DNA of 64,000 nucleotides from Callorhinchus milii (taxonomy: Eukaryota). The stretch spans positions 115,632,001 to 115,696,000 of the forward strand of contig NW_024704742.1 in assembly GCF_018977255.1 (NCBI RefSeq). The letters are read 5' to 3'. Made by a program: the position numbers and the translations under genes. The notes below the pieces were generated by a model, which had not been told where the DNA came from, ran no database searches, and saw only the letters and a program-made list of their open reading frames with translations. Below are positions 53,555-64,000 of this stretch, one piece after another. How positions within the stretch are numbered: the stretch's first letter is position 1; each line of letters begins with the position of its first letter.

Positions 53555-53822
53555 TTTGTATTTGTATTCAGTATTTGTGCAAATACCCCACAAGCAGGAA
53601 TGAAACAAATGACCAATTTTATATGGGGGATTGTTGACTAGGACAACGGAATAAACTCCCGTCTCATCGAAAGGAAGGTACCTGCGACAGTGCAAGACTC
53701 CCCCACCCCACCCCCTCCCCCCAGCACTGCATCGGAGTGTCACGAGTAGACCATTTGATGATCCGACGTCGGGGTTCAAACACACAAACCGCGGCGGGAA
53801 CGCCAGCCACCACCTGTGCCTG
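53555..53822 (-). mobile_element. CpG-rich DeuSINE at the CpG-island edge
   Basis: CCGTCTCATCGAAAG...ACCTGCGACAGTGCA...CAGCACTGCATCGGAGTGTCA is the reverse of the Deu block; degenerate head at 53765-53822. Confidence 0.65.
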
Positions 53823-54350
53823 GCGGACACACCCACTGGGCCAGGTTTACAGCAGGAGGGTCAGCAGGGAATGCCTGGGTGGGTGAGTGAGTGGGAATTG
53901 AAAGCTCCTCAGACTGAGGTCCAGCCCATCCTTTGCGTTGCCATGGAGACGGGCCGGGGCAGGATGTGGTCGCCCTGGTTACCGCCTTGGATGCTGACCA
54001 ATCGGGCGGGCCGCTGCGGGCACGTGACGCGCTCTTTGTTGGGCGCCATTTCAGGAGCGGCGAGTCACTGTCACTGATACCGACCACTGTGATGGTTTGG
54101 GTACGTGTGTCCTTCACCTCATACTTACCTTCTTGCTGCAGGTCGTAAGTTGATTTTACTTCAACTACCTCCCTCCCCCTCCCCCCGACCCCTCCCCCCC
54201 CATAATAATAATGACAATAATAATAATAATAAATGTGATGTGGAATAAATAACGATTATGCGGTTTATTTGTTTTTAAATCATTCTTGAAGCGCCGACAC
54301 GGACCGGGCGCCCTTCAGGCCGTAACTGTCATTAGAGAGGCTTCGGTTTT
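53750..54350 (+). promoter_or_regulatory. CpG-island promoter (TATA-less)
   Basis: Dense CpG against a CpG-depleted background. X-boxes GTTGCCATGGAGAC (53937-53950) and GTCGCCCTGGTTAC (53969-53982), CCAAT 53998-54002, GGGCGGG 54004-54010, GCACGTGAC 54020-54028, YY1-like GCGCCATTT 54043-54051. Confidence 0.85.
54035..54100 (+). other. Putative first (5'-UTR) exon of an unidentified gene
   Basis: Lies just downstream of the promoter motifs and overlaps the YY1 site; donor TGG|GTACGT at 54100/54101, alternative GTC|GTAAGT at 54144/54145. TSS approximate. Confidence 0.55.
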
Positions 54351-55028
54351 ATTTATTCTCTCTGTGTATTTATTCACGTATTTAAATGCGCCTTTGTTTT
54401 TTCTTCCTCGAATAATTCTTAAACTGTGAGGTGTTAACGCTGCGCTGACGGTAGACTGTTTGGTTCGCAGCACCAAACGGTGGTGTGTGTGTGTGTGTGT
54501 CAATGTCAGTGAGGGCTGATGCTGAAGGTTGTCGGCGGTCTCTTCACCAGCGACCACTTTTAGTGCCTTGTTTTTCGCTCAAAATATTGAAGTATTTGTC
54601 CAGGTGGATTGGTGGCTTGAGGGTGGCTTGGGTCAGGTTTGGTTTTTTTTGGAAAAATAATTCAACTGTGGTCTGTCTCTGAAGCAGTTTTTTTTCCAAA
54701 AAAAAACTATCCCTCGTTAGTCAAATTTCAAAGGATGGAGATTTTCCAGAACCAAATGTTTTCTAAGAATGACTAATCAAGGAGGTAATTACCATGGTTG
54801 GTAAGTTGGAGAATTGTGACTGGCACACGTGTTGTGTCAGGTAGGAGACAATATTTCTGGAGTATTAGACAAGTCAGGATGGTATAGATGCTGTCAAAAC
54901 AGGTGAGGAAGTAATAAACAAGATGCTGTGCTATATTGGTAAATCATTCGAGTTTAAATCCCCAGATGTCATACTCAAGCTGTATTAGTGCTCTGTTCAG
55001 ACTGTACCTAGATTACTGAATACAACAG

Positions 55029-55349
55029 GTGAGTGAGAGCACTCAGTGGTGAGAGCACTCGCTTTGTAAGTGAGAGACCTGAGTTCAGTTCCAGGCAGGT
55101 CAGGGCGAAACCTTGGGCAAGTTTCCTTACTCCACACAGAGCCTAATAATAATACCTCCAAAACCAAAAACAATAATAAATTGGTCATTTTCAATCTACG
55201 ACTGTTTGTGGGACATTGCTGTGCGCAATTGGCTGCCGCGTTCGCCCACAAATATACAGTCAATTCACTTTACAGTGTGTTCTGTGAAGCGCTTTGGGAC
55301 GTCCTCCCGACGTGAAAAGCGCTATATCAAATGCAAGGATTATTATTAT
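55029..55349 (+). mobile_element. Young tRNA-Ala SINE, 5'-rearranged, flanked by AACAG duplication
   Basis: The empty site is visible in the paralogous copy at 58170-58324. Confidence 0.93.
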
Positions 55350-55869
55350 AACAGCCGTCAAGTCCCTAGAGGTCAAGTGATACTTTTTGTTTGGTGAATT
55401 AAGAACCAGTTAAAAAAATATGCACTTTCTCCGTTTAGCTTGCACTCTTATCTCATTCATCTCATTATGCAGTACTGTTTCACTTCAAATTATGTGATTG
55501 CACCACTGGAGCCTTCAAGTTGTATCCTATGATAACTGGTGATATTTATACCTTTACATATTTATATTTATGCATATTTTGAGCGTCAAATTATTTTCCC
55601 TAGAATCACATGGATTGATTTTATATTGAAAGATAAAATATTGTTGGGGTGAGAAGATATGTTACGTAGCAGAAAATTGATGAGGATGAGTTAATTTTTA
55701 TGAACCTGTTGATGATTGAGGTGGGGAGTGGTGTGATGATGATAATAATGGCATATATCAGAAGAATTTTACGTGGTGTAAAATTTACCTTTTCCGCAGT
55801 TTAAAGTTCATGCTCTAATTACCTCAGTTGAGAAATGATGTTTTGCTTGAATGCAGTATTCAGCAGATT

Positions 55870-56175
55870 TTAATAATAATAATCCTTGCATTTGATAGAG
55901 CATCTTATGTCGTTGAGACGTCTCAAAGCCCTCCACCGAATATATTGTAAAGTGAATTGACTGTATTTTGTGGGTGAAACACGGCAGCCAATCGCGTTAA
56001 GCAGTGTCCCACAAACAGTTGTGGATTGAGTGACCAAATTAGTATTATTATTTTTTTGTAAGGATATCTTGAATTCCGAGCACTAAGTAGGGTTCCTACT
56101 TACTGCTAGGTAAACAGAAACGTATGTGTGTGGAGTAAGGAAACTTGCCTGAGGTTTCACCCCGCCCGGGGCCTC
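55870..56175 (-). mobile_element. tRNA SINE, long-insert variant
   Basis: GGTTCCTACTTACTGCTAGGTAAACAGA segment shared with 553-905 and 31447-31810. Confidence 0.8.
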
Positions 56176-56399
56176 TCACTAATGGGGAAGGTGATGGTGG
56201 TAGGAGGGGAAAGGAGTACAGTTATACTATTATTCTTTGATGACTCTTTGGACTGCAATAATACTAAAATAGAGGTGCAGCAACATGTAAGATATTAAGG
56301 AAGACCAAAGAGTTTATCCCAAATTATTGTGTTCTGATTAGGAACCATCTAGATTCTGTGTTATGGACCAAGCTAGATAAGTGAAAGCATCAAGGCTGA

Positions 56400-56718
56400 T
56401 AATAATAATAATAATCCTTGCATTTGATATAGCGCTTTTCACGTCTTCTCGACGTCTCAAAGTGCTTCACAGAATATGCTGTAAAGTGAATTGACTATAT
56501 TTATGGGCGAAACACGGCAGCCAATTGCACACAGCAGTGTCCCACAAACAGTCGTGGATTGAAAATGACCAATGTATTATTGTTTTGTTTTGGAGGAATT
56601 ATTATTAGGCGTGTGGAGTAAGGAAACTTGCTCAAGGTTTTGCCCTGCCTGGAATTGAACCCAGGTGTCTCGCTTGCAAAGCGAGTGCTCTAACTAACCA
56701 CTGAGCTACAGGACTCCA
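56400..56718 (-). mobile_element. tRNA-Ala SINE (full length)
   Basis: Head, body and (ATT)n tail. Confidence 0.93.
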
Positions 56719-58380
56719 CCATCTTACTGTATGGTTATGAAATGTATTGTATTGTCATTTTCCTACCCCTAAATATTGAAAATGAAAGGAAGAGCTACCA
56801 ATGGTCTGAGATTTAAGTATCTATCTTTGGACTGAACCTAGTCCTTTTTGCGTTGTTGTTATTGTTAAATCCTCTGTTAAACTGACAGGCAGGAGGGAAT
56901 GTGCATCTTCCCCTGCCCTGCCCAATAGTTCACTTGCTTTGATTGAGTCTTTTGTATTGAGACAGGAATTGGATTATAACTGTTCAGTTTGGATGATTAC
57001 GCTCTCCAGTATTAAAGGAATGAGCTGTGAAGAATGACTAAATAAGCCAGGGCACTTAAGCTTTTGAGAAGAGGCACCTAAGAAGGGACTTTGTATATAA
57101 GATCATTAACAGAAAAGAGATTGTAAATGTGGAACAGTATGTTTAGACGTGCTTGGGCATCAGAACAAATCTGCATAAAAGGTTACTGAGGGCATATTAG
57201 GATTTAGGAAGTATTTCTTTATTCAGAGCACAATGAACATGTAGTATGGGTTGCAAGAAGGGTGGCGAAGACATTGTACATGGTTTGAGAAATGCTATAG
57301 ATGCTGTAATTTAGGGCTGATATTGTGAAAGGACGAAGTAAAAATTTGAACTTTGCTTTTTAACCTGCCCATGAGTGCAATATTAGGACTGGAACAGCAT
57401 CCCTACTGAACAAATTTGATAGAAAACTACAATACTTATCAAACCGTAGATATTTACAGTACTGAAGGCTTTTAGGCCCATTGCCTCGTGGTGGCTTTTT
57501 GAAAAATATCTGAATATAAAATTTGATTTCTTGATGATTTTCTACAAGTGCTTGATCTAAATAAAGTTTAAACTAGTGATAACCCTCTTTGCAAATCACA
57601 TGTGACATCACATTATTCTCACAAAGGTGCCACTGTATGTATCTATGTGATGACATGTTGGCTACAGAGCAGAACCTCACATTTAACCTTTTGCAGTAAG
57701 GGCTGCACACAATCTCTCATATTTGCAACGTTTGTCACAGCTGTCAAGATGACAATATCAACTCTATATTTTTCCAACCCAGTCGTCAATGTACATGTAA
57801 TTAATTCCCCTTTAGAGTTCTATATTATTTTCCTTCTTTCATTCTTCTTTACTTCAGTCTTTACTGAGTTAGTTTAGTTATTCTTCCTGATCCATATGGT
57901 AAGTAAGAATGCGAAACACATGTACTCCCAAGAATGCAATAGAACTCAAAATTTATCTCTTTGTGCTTTTGGTCATCTTTGCTCTTCCCATGACCCTTGG
58001 CACCCACCATCTCCTCAAGTGCCCGTCCAGCACTGTTTAGCGCTTTGAGACATCTGTATAAAAGTGAAAGGTGCTGTATAAATATTGTATATATGTACTG
58101 TATGGTAACTTACAAAATGGGCAAGCTGAAACTATCTGGGATGTCAGTTAACTAACTCATTGCTCGCTATGTCAAAACAGGTGAGGAAGTACTAAACAAG
58201 ATGCTGTGCTATATTGGTAAATCATTCGAGTTTAAATCCCTAGATGTCATACTCAAGCTGTATTAGTGCTCTATTCAGACTGTACCTAGATTACTGAATA
58301 CAACAGCCGTCACGTCCCTAGAGGCATTGTAGAGGAGGGCAATATGGATGATCTCAATTGTTCAAAGAATGAGCTATGAG

Positions 58381-59260
58381 CTGCGCCAATAGAATAGTGT
58401 GGCCGCAATTTTTTCCGTGAATCTGCTAAAAACAACGCCCTCCACTAAAAATCTGAAAAATCTAATTTTCCTTGGCCCTGGGCCCCTGCGTGCTGCTGCC
58501 AGCTGTTTATCCGATGCTACTATGGGTGGAGCGACTCCGGACACTGCGGCATGAGCAGGAAATGGGCTTTGCTCATCCAGAGGCCCCGCTGTTGAAATTG
58601 TGTGTCTCTCCTCTGAATGTACATGTGTTTGTGAGTGTCTCTATGTGAGTGTGTATGTCTCTCCCTCCTGTGTGTGTCTGTGTATCTCTCTCTGTCTATG
58701 AATGTGGGTTTGTCTCTCTCTGTCTGCGAGTATGTGTCTCTCTCAGTCTGTGAGTGTGTGTCTGTGAGTGTGTGTGTCTCTTTCTTTGTATCTCTGTGTG
58801 TGTGTCTCTCTCTCCGTCTTGGAGTGTATGTGTGCATGTGTGTCTCTGTGCGGGATCTGTGTCTGTGTGCGGTGGTGGGCCCTGAGAGGCAGGAGGTGGT
58901 GACCTCCTGTAGTCCCGTAGTCAGGATACTGGCGAGCTTGGAGGCCAATGTTATTTTTTGGCAGATCTCCAGGTCCTTTGGGCCTGCAATGGTGTTCCAC
59001 TCTCCACCCCCGAGGGGGCCACCAGTTTTTGTTAAAGAAAGCATTATTTTTTTTTGCACAATCTAATTAATATGTGTTATTTCTTCATGCTTGTTTTTTA
59101 TCAATAAAATGAAAACGTGTAGGTTGGCAGTAAAATGTACCTCAATAGAACCAATGAACTCTCCGCAAATTTTGTCAAATTTCCTTGCAATTTTCTGCAA
59201 AATTTGTGAAATTGCCCTGCAATTTTTGGCAAATGTTTCTGCAATTTTCTATTGGCCCTG
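58381..59260. mobile_element. Non-autonomous hAT element (880 bp) with 8-bp TSD
   Basis: TIRs CTGCGCCAATAGAA / TTCTATTGGCCCTG (12/14 match); perfect TSD GCTATGAG at 58373-58380 and 59261-59268; internal (TG/TC)n tract. Confidence 0.9.
58600..58870. repeat. Mixed (TG)n/(TC)n low-complexity tract
   Basis: Direct inspection. Confidence 0.9.
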
Positions 59261-59769
59261 GCTATGAGCAACGATCATACAAGCTAGGGCTCTTCAATCT
59301 TATGGGAAGATGTCTCAGAGGGGATGGTATAGAAGTGTATAATATTTTAAATGAGAATGAAACAGTAAGTCTATAAGAATACATTAGGATGTACCATAAT
59401 CGTAGAACAAGAGGTTTATGTTTACAGTTGTAAAGAGCAATTTCAGGACAGAATGTTCTTCTTTACTCAGAAGGTAGTTGACAATAAGCAAGTTGTCAGA
59501 AGAGATGGTTGAGACTAAAATACTGGATTCATTTAAAAAAAGATTTGATATTATGATAGGATGACGGTAGGGTGGTATTCTGGAGGAATGGGATCAGATG
59601 AGCTGAAGAGCCTTCTACATCTAAACTAATCTTGTTTGATTTTTGTGGTATGTAGTTCAGATTGGCTGCTATTTTGCTTCTACAAATCACTATATTTTAA
59701 AATCTCTCATTGTGTGAAGTGCTTTCAGGGATTTTCTGATGAGGTGTTTTAAACTGAATTAATGATGGA

Positions 59770-60060
59770 ATTGGTTAGGTGAGCACACTGCCCCATTAAC
59801 ATCTGAGATATGGATTTGAATCTAGATCAATGAAATGGAAGTCTAATCTGTTTGCTTCAATACAGCAACAGCAACAACTTGAATTTATGTAACACCCTTC
59901 ACGCGGGATAGCGTTCCGGAATGCTTTGATTCTATGCGTTTGGGTATTCTCAACCTACCTCATTCTGGGTAAGTGCCCATAGCATAAATCTGCACTGAAT
60001 TTGGATTAATTGAGGCACTGAAAGAACTACAAAGCTAGTGCTGTCTGTAGGAGGAGATTT
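59770..60060 (+). mobile_element. Possible LF-SINE-like relic interrupted by a LINE tail
   Basis: tRNA-like head (GGATTTGAATCTAG) and a block resembling my recollection of the LF-SINE core; highly diverged. Confidence 0.35.
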
Positions 60061-60493
60061 CTTGGTTGTTGGATTTATTCCACCTCCAAATGGATGGCAA
60101 CAGCTGGACAGAATCAAGTAAAAGTAAGGAAAAATCTTAAAACTTAAATTTGATGATGAAAGGTACAATTACTTCTAAACATGAGAGAAATAGAAGTTCT
60201 GGATTGCGATGAGACTTGTGGTGGGAAGAGGGTAACCAGACAAGCAGAAATTAGCAATAATAATAATTAGTAATAATGATGATGATCATTTGATTTAGCA
60301 CTTTTCATGTTGAGATGTCTGAAAGCGCTTCATAGGATTTTACTGTAAAGGTTAATGAGTGTGTATTTGCATATAGCAGTATCCCCCAAACAATCATGAA
60401 ATAAATGACTAATTTTATGTGGGGGATTATTTGCCAAAACACTGAGAGAAATTCTTCCTCTAAAGATTTCTACATTTTGTTCTTTTTTTACAG

Positions 60494-60599
60494 TGTATCA
60501 TGAAGGTTATAATCACTAGTGTATTGCGAGAAATATATGTGAGATGGACATATAATTTTTGTTGAGCCTAAACAGGGAAAAGTGCCAGCTTTGCTTGAG
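60494..60599 (+). other. Putative non-coding (5'-UTR) exon
   Basis: Strong acceptor TTTTGTTCTTTTTTTACAG| and donor GAG|GTTAGT; 106 bp; stops in all three frames. Confidence 0.5.
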
Positions 60600-60689
60600 G
60601 TTAGTATGTGCTTAAACTTAAAAGGAATGGGATAATAGTCTTTAGTGTTTTATTTGGACTATCCGTCAAACCCTACATTTGGATCTCAC

Positions 60690-61160
60690 TTGCTCTGTCT
60701 TTCTATACTTTGCCTGCTTCTGCTACAACCTCTCCCGTTGGGCTACTAAAATTCTTATCCTTTCCTTCATCAAATCCCAGCTCGATTATTCCAATGGCCT
60801 CCTCTCTGGTCTCCCAGCTCCTTCCGATACAATCTGCTGACAATCTAGAACTCTGCAGAACCATGCCTACTTCCTCACCAGGCTCTGCAGGTGCATCTGT
60901 GGTATCCTCCACTGGCTCGCCATCCACCAGCAGATCAAATACAATAAATAGCCTGGGTTTCAAATTCTTCCATGAGCTTACTTTACCCTGTGACCCGCTG
61001 TGACCCTACTGCCCTGACTGCTCCCTCTGCTCAGTAAACACAGGCTTCCCTCGCCTACTCTGCCCACTATTGGACACACTTTCAGCCATTCTTTCCCCAC
61101 TCTCTGGAACTCAATTCCAGTGCCCAGATTCATTGTTATGGTCTTTGAATCCCTTCAAGG
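60690..61160 (+). mobile_element. Old L2 ORF2 C-terminal fragment
   Basis: CTCGATTATTCCAAT (LDYSN), CTCCACTGGCTC (LHWL), CTCTGGAACTC (LWNS); further old L2 pieces at 61900-62500. Confidence 0.7.
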
Positions 61161-62637
61161 TCTCATCCCGCTGATCCCGTTAGAACATAACATAGGTAAC
61201 CCTGCTGAGTGCGATGGGTTACCTATGTTATTTTCTAGTGTTCTACATTCTAGTCTGCATCCTGCTCTCTTACCATTCTCGTTTATTCGCCTACGTCTTT
61301 TCCTTTGTACCTCCTCTGACCGAGCTTTCAGCCACCATATTCAATAAGAATTGTACTTAGTCAAATGTGAGTGAAAGGTTGTAACTCAATCTCTGGTTTC
61401 AGATATTGGCCATAAACTCTGTTAGTCATCTGAACTGCGAGTAATTTTATTATTTGCTTTCAGCCATTCATTTGGGGGGGGGGGTTGGTGGGCGGAGAAG
61501 AGGAATCAATTAATTAGATGAGCCAACAAGTGGCAGATGACCAATATTCTTTATTCTTTACATTACGTTACAAGAAACAACAATGAGTGCAAATTGAAGT
61601 GTGTCCATTAACAGGAATATTGATGATATTTGGCTATGACGTGGTGCCTTACGTCAAACATCACAGAATGCTTCAAACAACAAGTTGCACACACTGTTAT
61701 GCAGGCAAATGTGGCATCTATTGGCGCCAGCAGCACCCCCAATGAAATCAATGAAATACATGATTATTTTTTTGTTTATATTTGCATGAGCCAGAACTAT
61801 TGGCAGGAGAACACCCTATTGCCCTAATAATGTAGCGGCATGGGATCTTTAACATCTGCTGAAAGAAGCATTTGTACCACTGAATGCACCTTTGGCTTAA
61901 AATCTTATCTCTGACCATGTCTTAATTTACTGCCTCCTCTTGCCAAACCTGTCACCATCGCCTTTCCTCCCTTGAAAAAANTCCCCACTGTCTCACAGCT
62001 GCCCTTGAGTCTTACAAACTGTTGGCTCTCTGGCCTTCTGCCTGCTTGAAGCTTCTTCTCTGTCAAGTTTATGCACAACTCCCTCATTGACATTCGCAGC
62101 ACTTTCTCTACCATCACTTCCCGAACTGCAAGTGTTCCTTGGTATAACAGTCAGTTCCATGCCCTAAAGTCCCAGGCCCAAATTGCTGAGTGAACATGGC
62201 TCAAATCTAGCCTCACAATCCATTACCAGATCAGGCTGGACCACACTAAAGTCTATCATTGCCTATATTCACCTCAGCCAAATTGTCATTCTACTCCGCT
62301 CTTTGGAACTCAATCCCAGGGTCTCTGTGACTCTACCTCTTGCCTTTAAAGCCCTCCTTGACATCTTTTTGACTTCACTTTTGATCCTATTTTTCCTCCT
62401 CCTTCACCCTCCTCAGCTTCTCTTCCCCATCCCCACACCCAGTCAACTGTGTGAAGCACTTTGAGACGTCCTCCCGAAGTGAAATGAGCTATATTAATTG
62501 CTATCCAAAGAATAGAACCTTCTAAGAAATTGTGGAGTTGCTTCCATTTTTATTTTGTGAGTGGTATCACTGAAATCTACATTCCATATTGGATCCTTTG
62601 GTTGCAAAATTAGCTTCAAAATGTACAGCTAGTCTCA

Positions 62638-62848
62638 AATAAAAAAGAAATCACTGGGAACACTCAGCAATTCAGGCAACATATTTCGAGGAGGAAAGTG
62701 GGTTAATGTTTCAGGTCGATGACCTTTCGTCAGAACGAAAGGACAAAAGGTCTGACGAAAGGTCATCGACCTGAAACTTTAATCCACTTTCCTCTCTCCA
62801 TAGATACTGCCTGGGCTGCTGAGTGTTCCCAGCTTATTCTGTTTTTAC
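62638..62848. mobile_element. Palindromic Penelope-type element with two inverted minimal hammerhead-like motifs
   Basis: ~97-bp inverted arms around a 16-bp spacer; each arm carries CTGACGA-A-AGGTC-ATC-GACCT-GAAAC. Confidence 0.7.
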
Positions 62849-63317
62849 TCAATAATAATACTCCTTGCATTTGACATAGCGCCTTATCGTATCTTCGAGA
62901 CTTCTCAAAGCATTTCACAGAATATACTGTAAAGTAATTTCTAAAAGATTTCAATCCTTCTCATTGTTTGGTAAACCCATACCCAGCGGTCAGAAACCTA
63001 GGCGTGTCATTGGAAGAATTGGGATGTAGGGTAAGAAGGGGGAAAAAAAATGTGTTCATTGCAGAGGAAAGGAAGGCTTTAGATGAGCATTTAAAGAGGA
63101 ACAATATGCTTTATAATATGAGGAGGAACCCAAAAATAAGGATTAAATCCCTCCAATGGAGGAACTGGCACTAGCACAGGCTTCATCGGCTGATTGGCTT
63201 CTTTTATACTGTCATTTCTATGATTCAAAATAATTTATTTATTGAAGTGTTCAACAATATTTTGAACTGCTAGCATGATTTGCATCTATCACCTGGTTGT
63301 TTTCTTCTTTGCAACAG

Positions 63318-63479
63318 GGTGCATTGTAGCAGATTGGCTGGACATGTACTGTGTTCTACCCTCCCCATAAGAATTGAGAAATAGCTCAGTTTGCCAATTG
63401 TTGCATTTTTTTAAGTGATTAGCAGTTGCTGGACAGTAAACTAAGTTATCGGGAAATGTACCATCCTACTTTGAGGAAG
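63318..63479 (+). other. Possible exon (5'-UTR or first coding, MYHPTLRK)
   Basis: Acceptor TTTTCTTCTTTGCAACAG|, donor AAG|GTAATC; ATG near 63456 is open to the donor. No recognised homology. Confidence 0.3.
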
Positions 63480-63960
63480 GTAATCAGGTTCTCTGGGGCC
63501 AAGTTGATTCCAAAGTAACGAGCCTGATAATGGAATATTGGAATTGAGCCAATCCTCTGTGGCAATCTCAGTTCTGGTCTCTGAGCCACGCAGATCTGCT
63601 GTACAGTCCAAGGCACAGTTGAATTTCTGTCATGTTATTAAATTCGTATTAGTGGAACTTAGAGCAGACCAGTCACTAGGAGCTGTGATTGTTCTCTTTT
63701 GACTTGTTAACCCTGGAAGCCCAAAACCAAATGGTTAGGGTTGTCCTAGCCAGATAAACAGCAGTAAGATTTCAGTGTTCATGGTAGCAAGCAGCAATTT
63801 TAGTAGTAATTTGATGAACGCGCTGGATTCCTCTGGATTTCTAAAGCTGTGGCCCTTGGCCGTAACCTGCACCGAAATGTCCTGGTCTAGGTAAACAAGG
63901 TGTGCCCTGTAGAGACAGAGTACACACTCGTTTACTAGACAAATGAAAAACACACATGTA
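63470..63960 (+). repeat. Unclassified ancient repeat
   Basis: AATTGAGCCAATCCTCTGTGG, GAGCAGACCAGTCACT, CTAGGTAAACAAGGT blocks. Confidence 0.65.
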
Positions 63961-64000
63961 GATCTATCAATAGTTTAGTTTTGAAATGCTTAAGCAATGT

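Larger units (their letters stand above)
54720..59640 (+). mobile_element. Old CR1 fragmented by a duplication-insertion, a SINE and a hAT MITE
   Basis: CR1 RT C-terminal pieces at 54720-55028, 58170-58380 and 59261-59640 are colinear (NKMLCYI..., SYEQR..KLGLFNL..RCLRGDGIEVYNIL). Confidence 0.7.

Noticed and set aside
53776..54148. Overlapping ORFs in the CpG island
   Set aside because: Expected in GC-rich promoter DNA; no recognisable protein.
58520..59066. 179-aa and 143-aa ORFs
   Set aside because: Produced by the (TG/TC)n tract inside the hAT MITE.
63781..63890. MVASSNFSSNLMNALD... as first coding exon
   Set aside because: Lies within a copy of the unclassified repeat; the donor-like site is part of the repeat consensus.

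Overview
Vertebrate nuclear DNA, most likely a cartilaginous fish (inferred from the repeat content: Deu-domain SINEs, abundant L2 and CR1). The window is dominated by interspersed repeats. These are a young tRNA-Ala-headed SINE with an L2-type 3' tail (>15 copies or fragments, three structural variants), older DeuSINEs, L2, CR1 and RTE-type LINE relics, and a decayed GTF2IRD2/SPIN-like hAT transposon. Also present are two hAT MITE types, a probable Gypsy gag relic, a Penelope-type palindrome with two hammerhead-like cores, and an unclassified ancient 500-700 bp repeat with about 8 copies. The only clear gene signal is a CpG-island promoter at ~53.75-54.35 kb (two RFX X-boxes, CCAAT, GC box, CACGTG, YY1), followed on the + strand by probable 5'-UTR exons of a gene I cannot identify. 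No intact cellular protein-coding gene was recognised; most ORF-track entries are repeat-derived or chance. Family names come from recalled motifs, not from database searches.
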